A stretch of 64,000 bases of DNA from Candidatus Woykebacteria bacterium (lineage in GTDB: Bacteria > Patescibacteriota > Microgenomatia > Woykebacterales > RBG-16-39-9b), in NCBI GenBank assembly GCA_040876265.1, contig JBBDPN010000001.1, positions 310,208-374,207 of the forward strand. Reading direction: 5' to 3'. The notes beneath the pieces are model-generated. The model worked only from the letters and a program-made list of their open reading frames with translations. It was not told where the DNA came from and made no database searches. Shown here piece by piece: positions 48,183-57,362 of this stretch. Within the stretch, counting starts at the first letter, position 1; each line of letters begins with the position of its first letter. Made by a program: the position numbers and the translations under genes.

Positions 48183-49076
48183 CTAAACTCGCTGGGCTAC
48201 TCTCATCTTTGCACTTCTTGAGCGTGGGTTATTCAAAATTTCGTCTCTACCCGGAACAATCGGTTTTTTTGTTAAAACGGTTAAGTGCCAACGTTTTTTA
48301 AAATAGTTTTTAACAACCCTATCTTCCAAAGAGTGAAAGCTGATAACTACCAACCTACCACCCTTTTTGAGAAGATCTTCTGCCCCTTCCAATCCTTTTT
48401 CTAAATTTTCAAGCTCGTTATTTACTGTTATTCTCAGAGCCTGAAAGATTTTTGTCGCTGGGTGTATCTTTCCTCTTCCTCTTACAACTTGTTCGATAAT
48501 TTTAACAAGTTGAGTGGTTGTTCTTATTTTTTCCCTTAATCTGGCTTTGACGATAGCACGAGCAATACTGCGGCTAGCGTGCTCCTCACCATAGTTAAAA
48601 AATAATTCATTAAGTTCTCCTTGGCTCAGCCCGTTTATTAGATCTGCTGCGGTTACTTGCAATGTTGGGTCCAACCGCATATCTATCGGTCCTTCCTTAC
48701 TAAAGGAAAGGCCTCTTTCTGGATTATCTAGTTGCAAGCTGGAGAGCCCTAAATCAAACAAAACTCCGGGTGTTTCCCAAACCCCAAACTTGAAAGCAGT
48801 CTGCTTCAAGTCGGAAAAATTACTTTGAGCAATGGCTATTAAGTCGTTTTTCCCGAACAACCTTCCCTCTTCATCAGAAAGTTTTAGGGAAAAAGCTTTG
48901 GCCGCTTTTTTTATCGCTTCTGGGTCTATATCTATGCCAAAGACTCTTCCATCACGTTTTAATATTTCTCCCGCGTGGCCGCCGCCGTTCAAAGTCGCAT
49001 CTATATATGTCTCGCCTTTTTTTATTGAAAGTGCCTCCAGCGTTTCGTTGATAAGTACGCTTTGGTGATCTCTCAT
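48183..49076 (-). CDS. rsmH: 16S rRNA m4C1402 methyltransferase
   Basis: HQSVL, DATLNGGGH, DLGLSS, FQALRI, SFHSLEDR, NPRSRSAK. Confidence 0.97.
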   Translation of the reverse strand: MRDHQSVLINETLEALSIKKGETYIDATLNGGGHAGEILKRDGRVFGIDIDPEAIKKAAKAFSLKLSDEEGRLFGKNDLIAIAQSNFSDLKQTAFKFGVWETPGVLFDLGLSSLQLDNPERGLSFSKEGPIDMRLDPTLQVTAADLINGLSQGELNELFFNYGEEHASRSIARAIVKARLREKIRTTTQLVKIIEQVVRGRGKIHPATKIFQALRITVNNELENLEKGLEGAEDLLKKGGRLVVISFHSLEDRVVKNYFKKRWHLTVLTKKPIVPGRDEILNNPRSRSAKMRVAQRV

Positions 49077-49077
49077 A

Positions 49078-49509
49078 TTAAAACCCTCTTTCTGAAAGCT
49101 TTTCGGCTATACTCTCCCCCCGAGCTTCGAGTATCTTGGCCAAATCTCTCCATTTGCCTTCATCCCAAATTTCAATTCTTTCCAAAATACCAACCATCAC
49201 CAGCCTCTTCTTCAAAGATGCATACTCAAGCAAGTACTCAGGAATTTTTATCCTACCCAATCGGTCGAATTCGGCTTCAATAGCACCGCCAAAAAGATAC
49301 CTTTCAAACGCCCGTGTATCTGCTTGCGTAACTGAAAGTCCTCTGAATTTCGTGGTTAATTGTTCCCAGCTCTTTCGCGGATAAAGAAAAAGGCATCCGT
49401 CCAGCCCCTTAGTTAAGATGGCTCCGGCTGACAATTGGCTTCTGAATTTTTTAGGTACAGATACCCTGCCTTTATAATCTAAGTTGTGTTTATATTCTCC
49501 GAGAAACAT
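49078..49509 (-). CDS. mraZ: Transcriptional regulator MraZ
   Basis: MFLGEY..DYKGR, KGLDGCL, DRLGRI, EIW. Confidence 0.97.
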   Translation of the reverse strand: MFLGEYKHNLDYKGRVSVPKKFRSQLSAGAILTKGLDGCLFLYPRKSWEQLTTKFRGLSVTQADTRAFERYLFGGAIEAEFDRLGRIKIPEYLLEYASLKKRLVMVGILERIEIWDEGKWRDLAKILEARGESIAEKLSERGF

Positions 49510-49595
49510 GCCCGCAAGTTACCCTCGGGGACCTGCGGGCAGATAAGTCCCCTGCTGTCCAGACTAGGGCAGGCTGTGGAGGGCAGTGGAAAATG

Positions 49596-49667
49596 CTACA
49601 CTTTTTTCCACTTTTTGCCCTTTTTTACCACTACTAATATAGTAGTACCACTGTGGAAATATGTCAA
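49596..49667 (-). promoter_or_regulatory. dcw promoter with four MraZ-type boxes at a 10-bp period
   Basis: TTGACA-17-TACTAT followed by GTGGTAAAAA AGGGCAAAAA GTGGAAAAAA GTGTAG. Confidence 0.75.
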
Positions 49668-49732
49668 CCAAAAAAACCCGAAAAAAATGAGCCTGTTCAA
49701 TAAAACCTCTATGTGGTATATTTAGAACCTCT

Positions 49733-50377
49733 ATGAAGCTAGTTGATCTATTTAATTTTTCCAATTTTGAGCACAAAGCAATATTCAAACAATCCAGAAA
49801 TCTGTGGGAACCAGTACTAGATTTGGATAACTATTTAGAGAAGACCTTCAAAAATAATGCCGAAACCAAACTAATCGGTTCCGGAACAAGTATTGATCCA
49901 GCAGCAAAAATTATCGGTTCTGTAATAATTGGCAGAAATTGTGAGATAAAAGAAGGGGTATTGATAAGGGAAGGGGTAATAATCGGCGATAATTGTGTGA
50001 TTGGCCACGCCTGCGAAGTAAAACACTCAGTAATAATGGACGGCACTCATATAGCCCACTTTAATTACGTAGGCGATTCGGTACTTGGCAACCGCGTAAA
50101 TATGGCTGCGGGAGCTATTATTGCTAATTACAAACATGGAGCCAAAAATGAAATAGTCCACATTGAAGAAGGTAAAGTAAAAATTCCAACTGGCCTAAAA
50201 AAATTCGGTAGTTTAATTGGAGATGAGGCTAGAATTGGTTGCAACGCTGTTTTAGATCCAGGAACAATAATCGGAAAAAGGACAATCATTTACCCCTTGG
50301 CAGCGGTCCGCGGTAACATCCCTGCGAATAAAATCGTCAAATACCGTCAAAACTTCGAAGTAGTTGATCGAAAATAA
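49733..50377 (+). CDS. Stand-alone hexapeptide-repeat acetyltransferase (GlmU C-terminal-like)
   Basis: LbH repeats, EVKHS, HFNYVGDS, AN, KFGSLIGD. Confidence 0.85.
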   Translation: MKLVDLFNFSNFEHKAIFKQSRNLWEPVLDLDNYLEKTFKNNAETKLIGSGTSIDPAAKIIGSVIIGRNCEIKEGVLIREGVIIGDNCVIGHACEVKHSVIMDGTHIAHFNYVGDSVLGNRVNMAAGAIIANYKHGAKNEIVHIEEGKVKIPTGLKKFGSLIGDEARIGCNAVLDPGTIIGKRTIIYPLAAVRGNIPANKIVKYRQNFEVVDRK

Positions 50378-50437
50378 CATTCTTGCGAATGATGTTTTAT
50401 AAAAAAAATAACATTCCAGTAAGTGATGTTTTATAAA
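50371..50437. repeat. Tandem 34-nt-period repeat with dyad arms and a variable 7-nt core
   Basis: AAAATAACATTC-ttgcgaa-TGATGTTTTATAAA and AAAATAACATTC-cagtaag-TGATGTTTTATAAA. Confidence 0.85.
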
Positions 50438-50441
50438 TAGA

Positions 50442-51656
50442 ATGAGACTCTACGAATACGAAGGAAAAGAGCTTTTCGAAAAGGAGGAGATACCAGTTCC
50501 CAAAGGAAAGCTTGTCTCCTCTGTTTTAGATGTAGATGGGATTGAACTCCCAGCAATTGCAAAAGCGCAGACTTTATCTGGAAAAAGAGGCAGAGACGGA
50601 CTTATTGTTCCCTGTAAAAATGAAACCGAATTAAAATCTGCGGTTAAAAACTTACTTTCAAAAAAAGTGGCCGGGCAAAAAATCGATAAAATCCTCATCG
50701 AGAAATTTCTTTTCGAAAAAAGCAGTGAGTTCTATTTAGCGATAACTTATGATACTTCTAGTCGCGGACCAGTGGCCCTGGTTTCAAAAAAGGGCGGCGT
50801 TGAGATTGAAGAGCTCGCTAAAGACAGAGATACCGTAAAGAAGATAACCATAAACCCGATCATAGGACTTCAGCCGTGGATGGCCAGGCAAATATTATCA
50901 ACTGCTGGTTTTTCTGGGCTACATTTTCTTTCTTTAACAAAGATATTACTTTCCCTTTGGAAAGTCTTTGAAAAATATGACGCTCGTTTGGTAGAAGTCA
51001 ATCCCCTTATAGAAACTGAGGACGAAGAATTCTACGCCGCCGATGCAAAGATAATCCTAGACGATGATGCCGATTTTCGCAGAGGCGAAGTGGGTTTTCC
51101 ACCTCGAGACGTACTTGGCAGGAAACTAACTGAAAGCGAAATGGCTGCCAAGGGAATTGATAAAAACGATCATCGAGGGTCAGCTGGTTCCACATATATA
51201 GAATTGGATGGCGACATTGGTGTGATAGCAGCCGGAGGTGGTGGCAGCTTGGTAAACATGGACGCCCTTGTAGCTCTTGGTGGCAGACCAGCAAATTATA
51301 CTGAACACTCAGGCAACCCACCTAGGGAAAAACTAAAGAAGCTAACCGAGCTAGTTCTTTCCAAAAAGGGTTTGAACGGTTGTTGGTTTGTGGGAGCTAC
51401 GGCAAATTTTACTGATATTTACGAAACATTAGAGGGTTTTGTAGAAGGTCTAAGAAATGTTAAGCCCAAACCAACATACCCAATTGTCATCCGCCGAGGG
51501 GGACCCCGCTACGAAGAGGCTTTTGAAATGCTACGTAACGTTGGAAAAAAGGAGGGTTTTGATTTTCACATTTTCGGTCCGGAAACACCAATGACAAGCA
51601 CAGCAAAAACTTTGGTTACCTTAGTTAATAAATACAAAAAACTCAAGGAACGATAG
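50442..51656 (+). CDS. ATP-citrate lyase beta / citryl-CoA synthetase large subunit
   Basis: MRLYEYEGK ATP-grasp; citrate-binding domain AGGGGS, PANYTEHSGNP, GATANFTD, RRGGP. Confidence 0.85.
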   Translation: MRLYEYEGKELFEKEEIPVPKGKLVSSVLDVDGIELPAIAKAQTLSGKRGRDGLIVPCKNETELKSAVKNLLSKKVAGQKIDKILIEKFLFEKSSEFYLAITYDTSSRGPVALVSKKGGVEIEELAKDRDTVKKITINPIIGLQPWMARQILSTAGFSGLHFLSLTKILLSLWKVFEKYDARLVEVNPLIETEDEEFYAADAKIILDDDADFRRGEVGFPPRDVLGRKLTESEMAAKGIDKNDHRGSAGSTYIELDGDIGVIAAGGGGSLVNMDALVALGGRPANYTEHSGNPPREKLKKLTELVLSKKGLNGCWFVGATANFTDIYETLEGFVEGLRNVKPKPTYPIVIRRGGPRYEEAFEMLRNVGKKEGFDFHIFGPETPMTSTAKTLVTLVNKYKKLKER

Positions 51657-51658
51657 AT

Positions 51659-52561
51659 ATGAGTATATTAGTTGATAAGAGTACAAAAGTCCTAGTTCAG
51701 GGAGCCACTGGTAAAGAGGGCCAGCGGGCTATAAAGCAAATGCTGGCCTACGGAACAAACGTTTTAGTTGGTGTAACTCCCGGAAAAGGCGGCCAAGAAG
51801 TTGAGAGTGTACCTATCTTTAACAGCGTGGAAGAGGCTTTAAATAAATTCCCAGACGTTAACACTTCGTTTATCGCTGTTCCGAAACAGGCTTCAAAAGA
51901 CGCAATTGTAGAATCCGCTGCCCACAAAATAGGCCTTATCAATGTACTGACCGAACATATGCCAATTGCTGATGCCGCTTATGCTGTGGCTTTTTCAAAG
52001 GACACCGGCGTAAAGATGGTTGGCCCATCCTCTATTGGGATTATCTCACCTGGCAAAGCCAAACTTGGCAGTATTGGTGGTGACAATCCGGATTTTTCGT
52101 TTTTCCCCGGAAATATCGGCGTAATATCAAAAAGTGGCGGTATGGCCAGTGAAGTTTCTTTTATTTTAAAAAAAAGCGGGTACGGACAGTCAACGGTAAT
52201 TGGGATGGGTGGGGATATGATAGTAGGTTCTACTTTTGCTGATCTTTTGTTAGAATTTGAGGAAGATCGCGAAACTGCAGCCGTAGTTCTCTTTGGTGAA
52301 GTTGGCGGTAGTTATGAGGAGAAAGCTGCAGAGGTCATAAAATCTAAGAAATTTACAAAACCGGCCGTTGCTTTCATTTCCGGAATATTTGCTGAAACAA
52401 TGCCTTCCGGCACTGCTCTTGGGCACGCTGGTGCGATAATTGAAGCAGGTAAAGGAAGTAGAGAGGGTAAAATCAAGGCTTTGGAAGCAGCTGGAGTAAA
52501 AATAGCCGAAGTCCCAGATGATCTTCCAGCTATTTTGAAGAAACTTTTAAGTAAAGGCTGA
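51659..52561 (+). CDS. ATP-citrate lyase alpha N-terminal part / citryl-CoA synthetase small subunit (SucD-like)
   Basis: QGATGKEG, GVTPGKGG, SKSGG, phospho-His motif LGHAGA. Confidence 0.85.
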   Translation: MSILVDKSTKVLVQGATGKEGQRAIKQMLAYGTNVLVGVTPGKGGQEVESVPIFNSVEEALNKFPDVNTSFIAVPKQASKDAIVESAAHKIGLINVLTEHMPIADAAYAVAFSKDTGVKMVGPSSIGIISPGKAKLGSIGGDNPDFSFFPGNIGVISKSGGMASEVSFILKKSGYGQSTVIGMGGDMIVGSTFADLLLEFEEDRETAAVVLFGEVGGSYEEKAAEVIKSKKFTKPAVAFISGIFAETMPSGTALGHAGAIIEAGKGSREGKIKALEAAGVKIAEVPDDLPAILKKLLSKG

Positions 52562-52563
52562 TT

Positions 52564-53319
52564 ATGAGTGAAAAAAATTGGAAAAGTGCAATAACAAGCC
52601 ATTTTAAAGATGTTCCCCACGTACGGGGCTACGATCTCACGGAAATGCTCCAGAAACTTTCCTTCACTCAAGCTATTTATCTTGTTCTTAAAGGAGAACT
52701 ACCAAATGAAAAAGAAGAGACGATGCTCAACTCTATTTTAGTAGCCAGCATTGATCACGGAGTTGAAGCACCATCAACAACCGTGGCTAGAATTACTGCG
52801 TCCACCGGAGTCCCACTCTCTACTGCCGTAGCAACTGGTGTTGCTTCTATGGGTGAAAGCCACGCAGGGGCAATCGAGGCTGCGGCCAAGGTATTTCAAG
52901 ACGCAGTGAAAAAAGGTCGCAGTGCCTCTGACATCGTTGAGAAAGCGCGTTTTAAAGGTGAGCGGATCCCAGGTTTTGGTCACAAAATTTACGATGTGGA
53001 TCCCAGAACTGCGGCAATTTTAAAAATAACCGAAAAAAATGGTTTTAAGGGCAAACATATTGACATCGCTTTAGAGATAGAAAAAGAACTGGAAAAAGTA
53101 GTTGATAGAAGGCTGCCTTTAAACATCGACGGCATAACTGCGGCGGTCATAAGCGAAATGGGCTTTGACGCGGGTCTTGGAAATGGATTTTTTATAATTA
53201 GCCGAATTGCGGGCCTTGTCGCCCACGTCCATGAGGAAAAAACTCGCGAAAAACCAGTCCGCAGAATAAGCGAAGAGGACGTTGAATATGACGGACCCAA
53301 ACCGCGAAAACTACCTTAA
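52564..53319 (+). CDS. Citryl-CoA lyase
   Basis: Short citrate-synthase fold: DHG..PST, HAGA, PGFGHK, DPR, NIDG. Confidence 0.88.
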   Translation: MSEKNWKSAITSHFKDVPHVRGYDLTEMLQKLSFTQAIYLVLKGELPNEKEETMLNSILVASIDHGVEAPSTTVARITASTGVPLSTAVATGVASMGESHAGAIEAAAKVFQDAVKKGRSASDIVEKARFKGERIPGFGHKIYDVDPRTAAILKITEKNGFKGKHIDIALEIEKELEKVVDRRLPLNIDGITAAVISEMGFDAGLGNGFFIISRIAGLVAHVHEEKTREKPVRRISEEDVEYDGPKPRKLP

Positions 53320-54680
53320 TGTAGAACTTCCTTTAGGGATTTCGCTAACTGGGGGATTTTAACTCGCTCCTGCCTCATTGAGTCTCGATCTCGAACCGTA
53401 ACTGAGTCATCTTCCAGTGTGTCGAAATCAACCGTGACAACGTAGGGAGTACCTATTTCGTCTTGACGCCGATAGCGACGACCGATCGTCCCAACTTCAT
53501 CGTACGTTGCTTCCCAGTTCTCTTTAAAGTCCTTATAAATATTTTTTGCAATTTTGATTAGCTTCTCATCTTTAATCAGTGGTAGAACCGCAACTTTGAC
53601 TGGAGCTAAGGTTGGATTCAATTTAAGAACGGTCCGGGTTTCTGACTCCCCTTTTTCTGCCGTTGGTGCCTTTTCTTCTGTGTAGGCGTCGATTAGTAGC
53701 GCAAGCATCATTCGACCTACACCAATTGACGGTTCGATCACATAGGGGACCATTTTTTCTTTCGTCTGCTCATCAAAATAGGAAAGGTCTTTACCACTCT
53801 CCTTGGAATGTTGTTTGAGGTCATAATCGGTTCTATTCGCAATTCCCTCCAGTTCGCCCCAACCCTGCCTCGACTTACCGTCTTCGGCAAGGCTGGCCAT
53901 AAATGGCCAATTATATTCGATATCCACGCTTCTCGTGGCGTAATGAGCCCTCTCATCGCTCTCGTGTTCACGGAATCTTAGATTTTTTTTAGTTAATCCT
54001 AATGATATGTGCCAATCCATTCTTTCCTTCTGCCAGTATTCAAAATCGGCCTCTGACTTTTCCGGAAGGGTAAAGTATTCCAGTTCCATCATCTCAAACT
54101 CACGGACGCGAAAGAGAAAATTTCCGGTGGTGATTTCGTTACGAAAACCCTTACCAATTTGGGCAATACCAAAGGGTAGTTTCACACGCATGGTATCAAG
54201 GACGTTTTTAAAATTTACAAAGATCCCTTGGGCTGTTTCGGGACGAAGAAATGTTTCAGAACCCTGCTCCTGGACCGAACCAATATGAGTCTTGAACATC
54301 AAATTAAACATACGTGACTTTGTCCAATCGCTTTTACCGCAGGTGGGGCAGTTCTTACTTTTTGGGATCAAATCCTCACGAAAACGAGAGTGGCAGCTTT
54401 TACACTCAATCAACGAATCGGCGAAGCTCTCAACATGACCGCTAGTGTGCCAAACTGCTCTATTCATCAAAATCGATGAATCCAAACCAACCACATTGTC
54501 TCTCTGAGAAACAATATTCTTCCACCAAGCTGCTTTTATATTGTTCGCTAGTTCCACCCCAAAGGGTCCTAGATCATAAATACCACCAACCCCACCATAA
54601 ATTTCACTACCAGAAAACACAAAACCTCGACGTTTGGCTAGAGAAACAACTTTTTCGGTCAGTTTATCTTCGGAACTCAT
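53316..54680 (-). CDS. glyS: Glycyl-tRNA synthetase (homodimeric type)
   Basis: LRPETAQG, FRNEIT, REFEMME, ELEGIANR, GRRYRRQDEIGTP. Confidence 0.96.
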   Translation of the reverse strand: MSSEDKLTEKVVSLAKRRGFVFSGSEIYGGVGGIYDLGPFGVELANNIKAAWWKNIVSQRDNVVGLDSSILMNRAVWHTSGHVESFADSLIECKSCHSRFREDLIPKSKNCPTCGKSDWTKSRMFNLMFKTHIGSVQEQGSETFLRPETAQGIFVNFKNVLDTMRVKLPFGIAQIGKGFRNEITTGNFLFRVREFEMMELEYFTLPEKSEADFEYWQKERMDWHISLGLTKKNLRFREHESDERAHYATRSVDIEYNWPFMASLAEDGKSRQGWGELEGIANRTDYDLKQHSKESGKDLSYFDEQTKEKMVPYVIEPSIGVGRMMLALLIDAYTEEKAPTAEKGESETRTVLKLNPTLAPVKVAVLPLIKDEKLIKIAKNIYKDFKENWEATYDEVGTIGRRYRRQDEIGTPYVVTVDFDTLEDDSVTVRDRDSMRQERVKIPQLAKSLKEVLH

Positions 54681-54717
54681 AGACAGTAAGTATAAGGCTG
54701 CAGCTCAAGTTTTACAA

Positions 54718-55470
54718 TCAGATTTTTTGAAGATACTTCACGCTTTTCAACTCTTTTTCTAATAAAAACTCAATGTAAAATTTTAGATGGGTCTCCAATT
54801 CGGAAAAAACAAACGGGGAAATCGATAGCTTATTTATTTTTTCCCAGTCTTCTTTCTGCAGAAAACGGAGCAGCTTAATTGCCTCAACAGAAATTGGCTT
54901 TGAGAGAAGGGAGTTTGTGGAACACCCCTTATCTAAAACTCCTCCGAGCTCTGGCGATAATAAGTGATTATTTTCATTTACCTCCCGGCTACATACAACG
55001 CACTGACGCAGCTGCGGCTTAAACCCAACCTCGGCAAGAAATTTTATCTCAAATGCCCTTAAGGTTTCTTTCGATTTAAATAGGTCTTTCCCAGCTTCTA
55101 TTCTCCGAAGTGACCCAAGAAGTAAGTTGAAAATTTCTGTCTCTCCCTGACCCTCTTCCAAAAAGCCATTGGTTATCTCCAGTAGATGAAAACCAGAGCT
55201 TATTTTATCTAAATCCTCTTTCGCTTCCTTGAAAGTATGAATAGTTTCGACTTCGACAACTACATCAAAATTTTTGCCGCGGGCTAAATAAACATTTACA
55301 TGATTTAAAAGATCCAGGTTTGGTCCACGACGACTGGCCACCTTCCTCACCCCCTTTGCCAGCCCGTCAAACTTACCTTTGTATTTTGAAAGAAACGTAA
55401 TAAGTCTATCTGCTTCCCCAAAATTTCTTTTGTTCAAAATAATTGCTTCAGCGGCGTAGGTGCGGGCCAT
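54718..55470 (-). CDS. recO: DNA repair protein RecO
   Basis: GEADRL, AKGVRK, Zn-finger CVVC. Confidence 0.93.
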   Translation of the reverse strand: MARTYAAEAIILNKRNFGEADRLITFLSKYKGKFDGLAKGVRKVASRRGPNLDLLNHVNVYLARGKNFDVVVEVETIHTFKEAKEDLDKISSGFHLLEITNGFLEEGQGETEIFNLLLGSLRRIEAGKDLFKSKETLRAFEIKFLAEVGFKPQLRQCVVCSREVNENNHLLSPELGGVLDKGCSTNSLLSKPISVEAIKLLRFLQKEDWEKINKLSISPFVFSELETHLKFYIEFLLEKELKSVKYLQKI

Positions 55471-55473
55471 AAA

Positions 55474-57357
55474 CTAAAGTTTAAAATCAAGTTCGGTATC
55501 TTTTTTTAGATCAAATTCAAAAAGTTTTTTTTCGTTGATTTTTATCACCATATGCGGAATATAACCAGCTTGTTTCTGAATTAACATTTTATAAGAACCG
55601 CCTTTCTTTACTTTAAACGGCAGTTCATAGGTAAAAAAGGTAGTGGTTGAATTAAAAGGTGGGGTCCTGGAAAAACCAGACCAAACCTTTTTTCCAATCT
55701 CGTTCTTTTCTACAAAATCTGTTTCGACATTTTTTTCAATTAGTTTCGACCCCTGAGGAACATATATTCTAAGCCAATTTTGATACACCGAATTGAGCCA
55801 ACCATCATAACGAAACGTATTTTTTATAGTGTTACTAACCTTTTTAACTACGGTTCCATCGTCTTTCACAACTATATCTTGCTCTATAGTAAATTTTGTA
55901 AAAAAGTTCCCTTTTAATCCCGCTACATTGGAGTTACTAACGTGTAAATAATCTCCATCAAAATCCTTTATCCTCCCAGCGAAATCCAACTCCTCTGATA
56001 ACTTTTGCGCTTTTTGGTCATTAAAGTAAAATTGAATAGACTTTTCTTGCATAGACTTTAAAACCGTATTGAATATATCAGGAAATTTTTCTGGTTTAGC
56101 GTTGAAAAGACGATTCGTAACTTCTTGCATCAGGTCACCTATAGGACCTTTTCTTTCGCTGCTACCCTTTAAAACCCGCTGAGCGTATAATTCTAATTTG
56201 TATACAGCATCGGAAATCCTATAATCAGGGTGAGGCTCTGCCGAAAAGGTTTCGCCGTATTTTTCTATGGTTACAGGACCGGTAATTTTAAGAAACTGAG
56301 GAACCAGTGATGTGTCTACGGCAATTACTCCATCAACTTTTGGCTGGTTGGGTATAGTTTGGTAAAAACTTAAAAATTTTTCGGATGATATCTTAAAATC
56401 AGGTGACACGTTGGCGTCTCTAATTGGGAAAAAATTCTGTCCAAAATATTTTCTATAGACCTCAGGCGGATCTTCCACTGGCACAAACTTCCTGTCAAGA
56501 TCTATAATATTTTCACTTCGCAGGCTGGTTATCCCACCATTCTTAACTTTCAAATAACCGTAGGCGGTAATAAATCCCCCGGTAGCGCGCAATTCACCGT
56601 CATTCTGAAACCACAGTAAGTAAGTTTTTTCGCGATCAGAACCAAGAATAGATGGTAGTACCTGGGAGGCATTCTTCACAATAGGCATCAATTTCTGGGC
56701 GTTGGCAAGACTTTCCTTTCCCCGACTGATCACATCGTGTATCTTTACCCCCTTTATTACCAACCAGTTTGGATATCTAGCCTCGTTTATGCTCGAAACC
56801 TCACTCTGGACAGAAGCCAAAATTTGTTCAAGGTCCTTTGTTCTTTCTGAAATTTTCGGAAAAACTTTTGTTACCAAAACTACGACTTTATCCTCGGCTT
56901 TTAGATTACTTTTCGCTCCTTTTAGTCCTAGGATATCACCGAAGGGGGAAATAGATTCAGTTACTATCTTTCCGGCCTCGGTAAGGTGTAGACCCGCTCG
57001 GACAGCCGAAGTAGCGTCGCCATAGTAAAAATTAGCCAGAGGCACCCACCGAAAAAACTTTATAGCAGAAAGGTCACGTTGCGTTTTTTGTAAATCCTCC
57101 TTTAGTTGTTGATTGGCCTTTTCCGCCTCCGTAATATCCTGCTTTTCTATTGCGGCTTCTAGTACTTTGACTTGGCCTGCGACTTTCGATACGTCTTTGG
57201 ATACTAAAATGGTTTTTGGATAAACATAAAATACGGAAGCCAGAGTCAGAACTAAAAATAGAAATACTAACCCAAAAATTATAATTTTGCGGTTGGCAAC
57301 CTTAAGTTTTCTTTTTTTTATTTGTTTCTGATCGATTTCTACGTGATTAATAGGCAT
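55474..57357 (-). CDS. DUF4012-family membrane protein
   Basis: YLLWFQNDGELRATGGF, RDANVSPDF, DGVIAVD, LRIYVP, QKQAG. Confidence 0.85.
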   Translation of the reverse strand: MPINHVEIDQKQIKKRKLKVANRKIIIFGLVFLFLVLTLASVFYVYPKTILVSKDVSKVAGQVKVLEAAIEKQDITEAEKANQQLKEDLQKTQRDLSAIKFFRWVPLANFYYGDATSAVRAGLHLTEAGKIVTESISPFGDILGLKGAKSNLKAEDKVVVLVTKVFPKISERTKDLEQILASVQSEVSSINEARYPNWLVIKGVKIHDVISRGKESLANAQKLMPIVKNASQVLPSILGSDREKTYLLWFQNDGELRATGGFITAYGYLKVKNGGITSLRSENIIDLDRKFVPVEDPPEVYRKYFGQNFFPIRDANVSPDFKISSEKFLSFYQTIPNQPKVDGVIAVDTSLVPQFLKITGPVTIEKYGETFSAEPHPDYRISDAVYKLELYAQRVLKGSSERKGPIGDLMQEVTNRLFNAKPEKFPDIFNTVLKSMQEKSIQFYFNDQKAQKLSEELDFAGRIKDFDGDYLHVSNSNVAGLKGNFFTKFTIEQDIVVKDDGTVVKKVSNTIKNTFRYDGWLNSVYQNWLRIYVPQGSKLIEKNVETDFVEKNEIGKKVWSGFSRTPPFNSTTTFFTYELPFKVKKGGSYKMLIQKQAGYIPHMVIKINEKKLFEFDLKKDTELDFKL

Positions 57358-57362
57358 AAATC

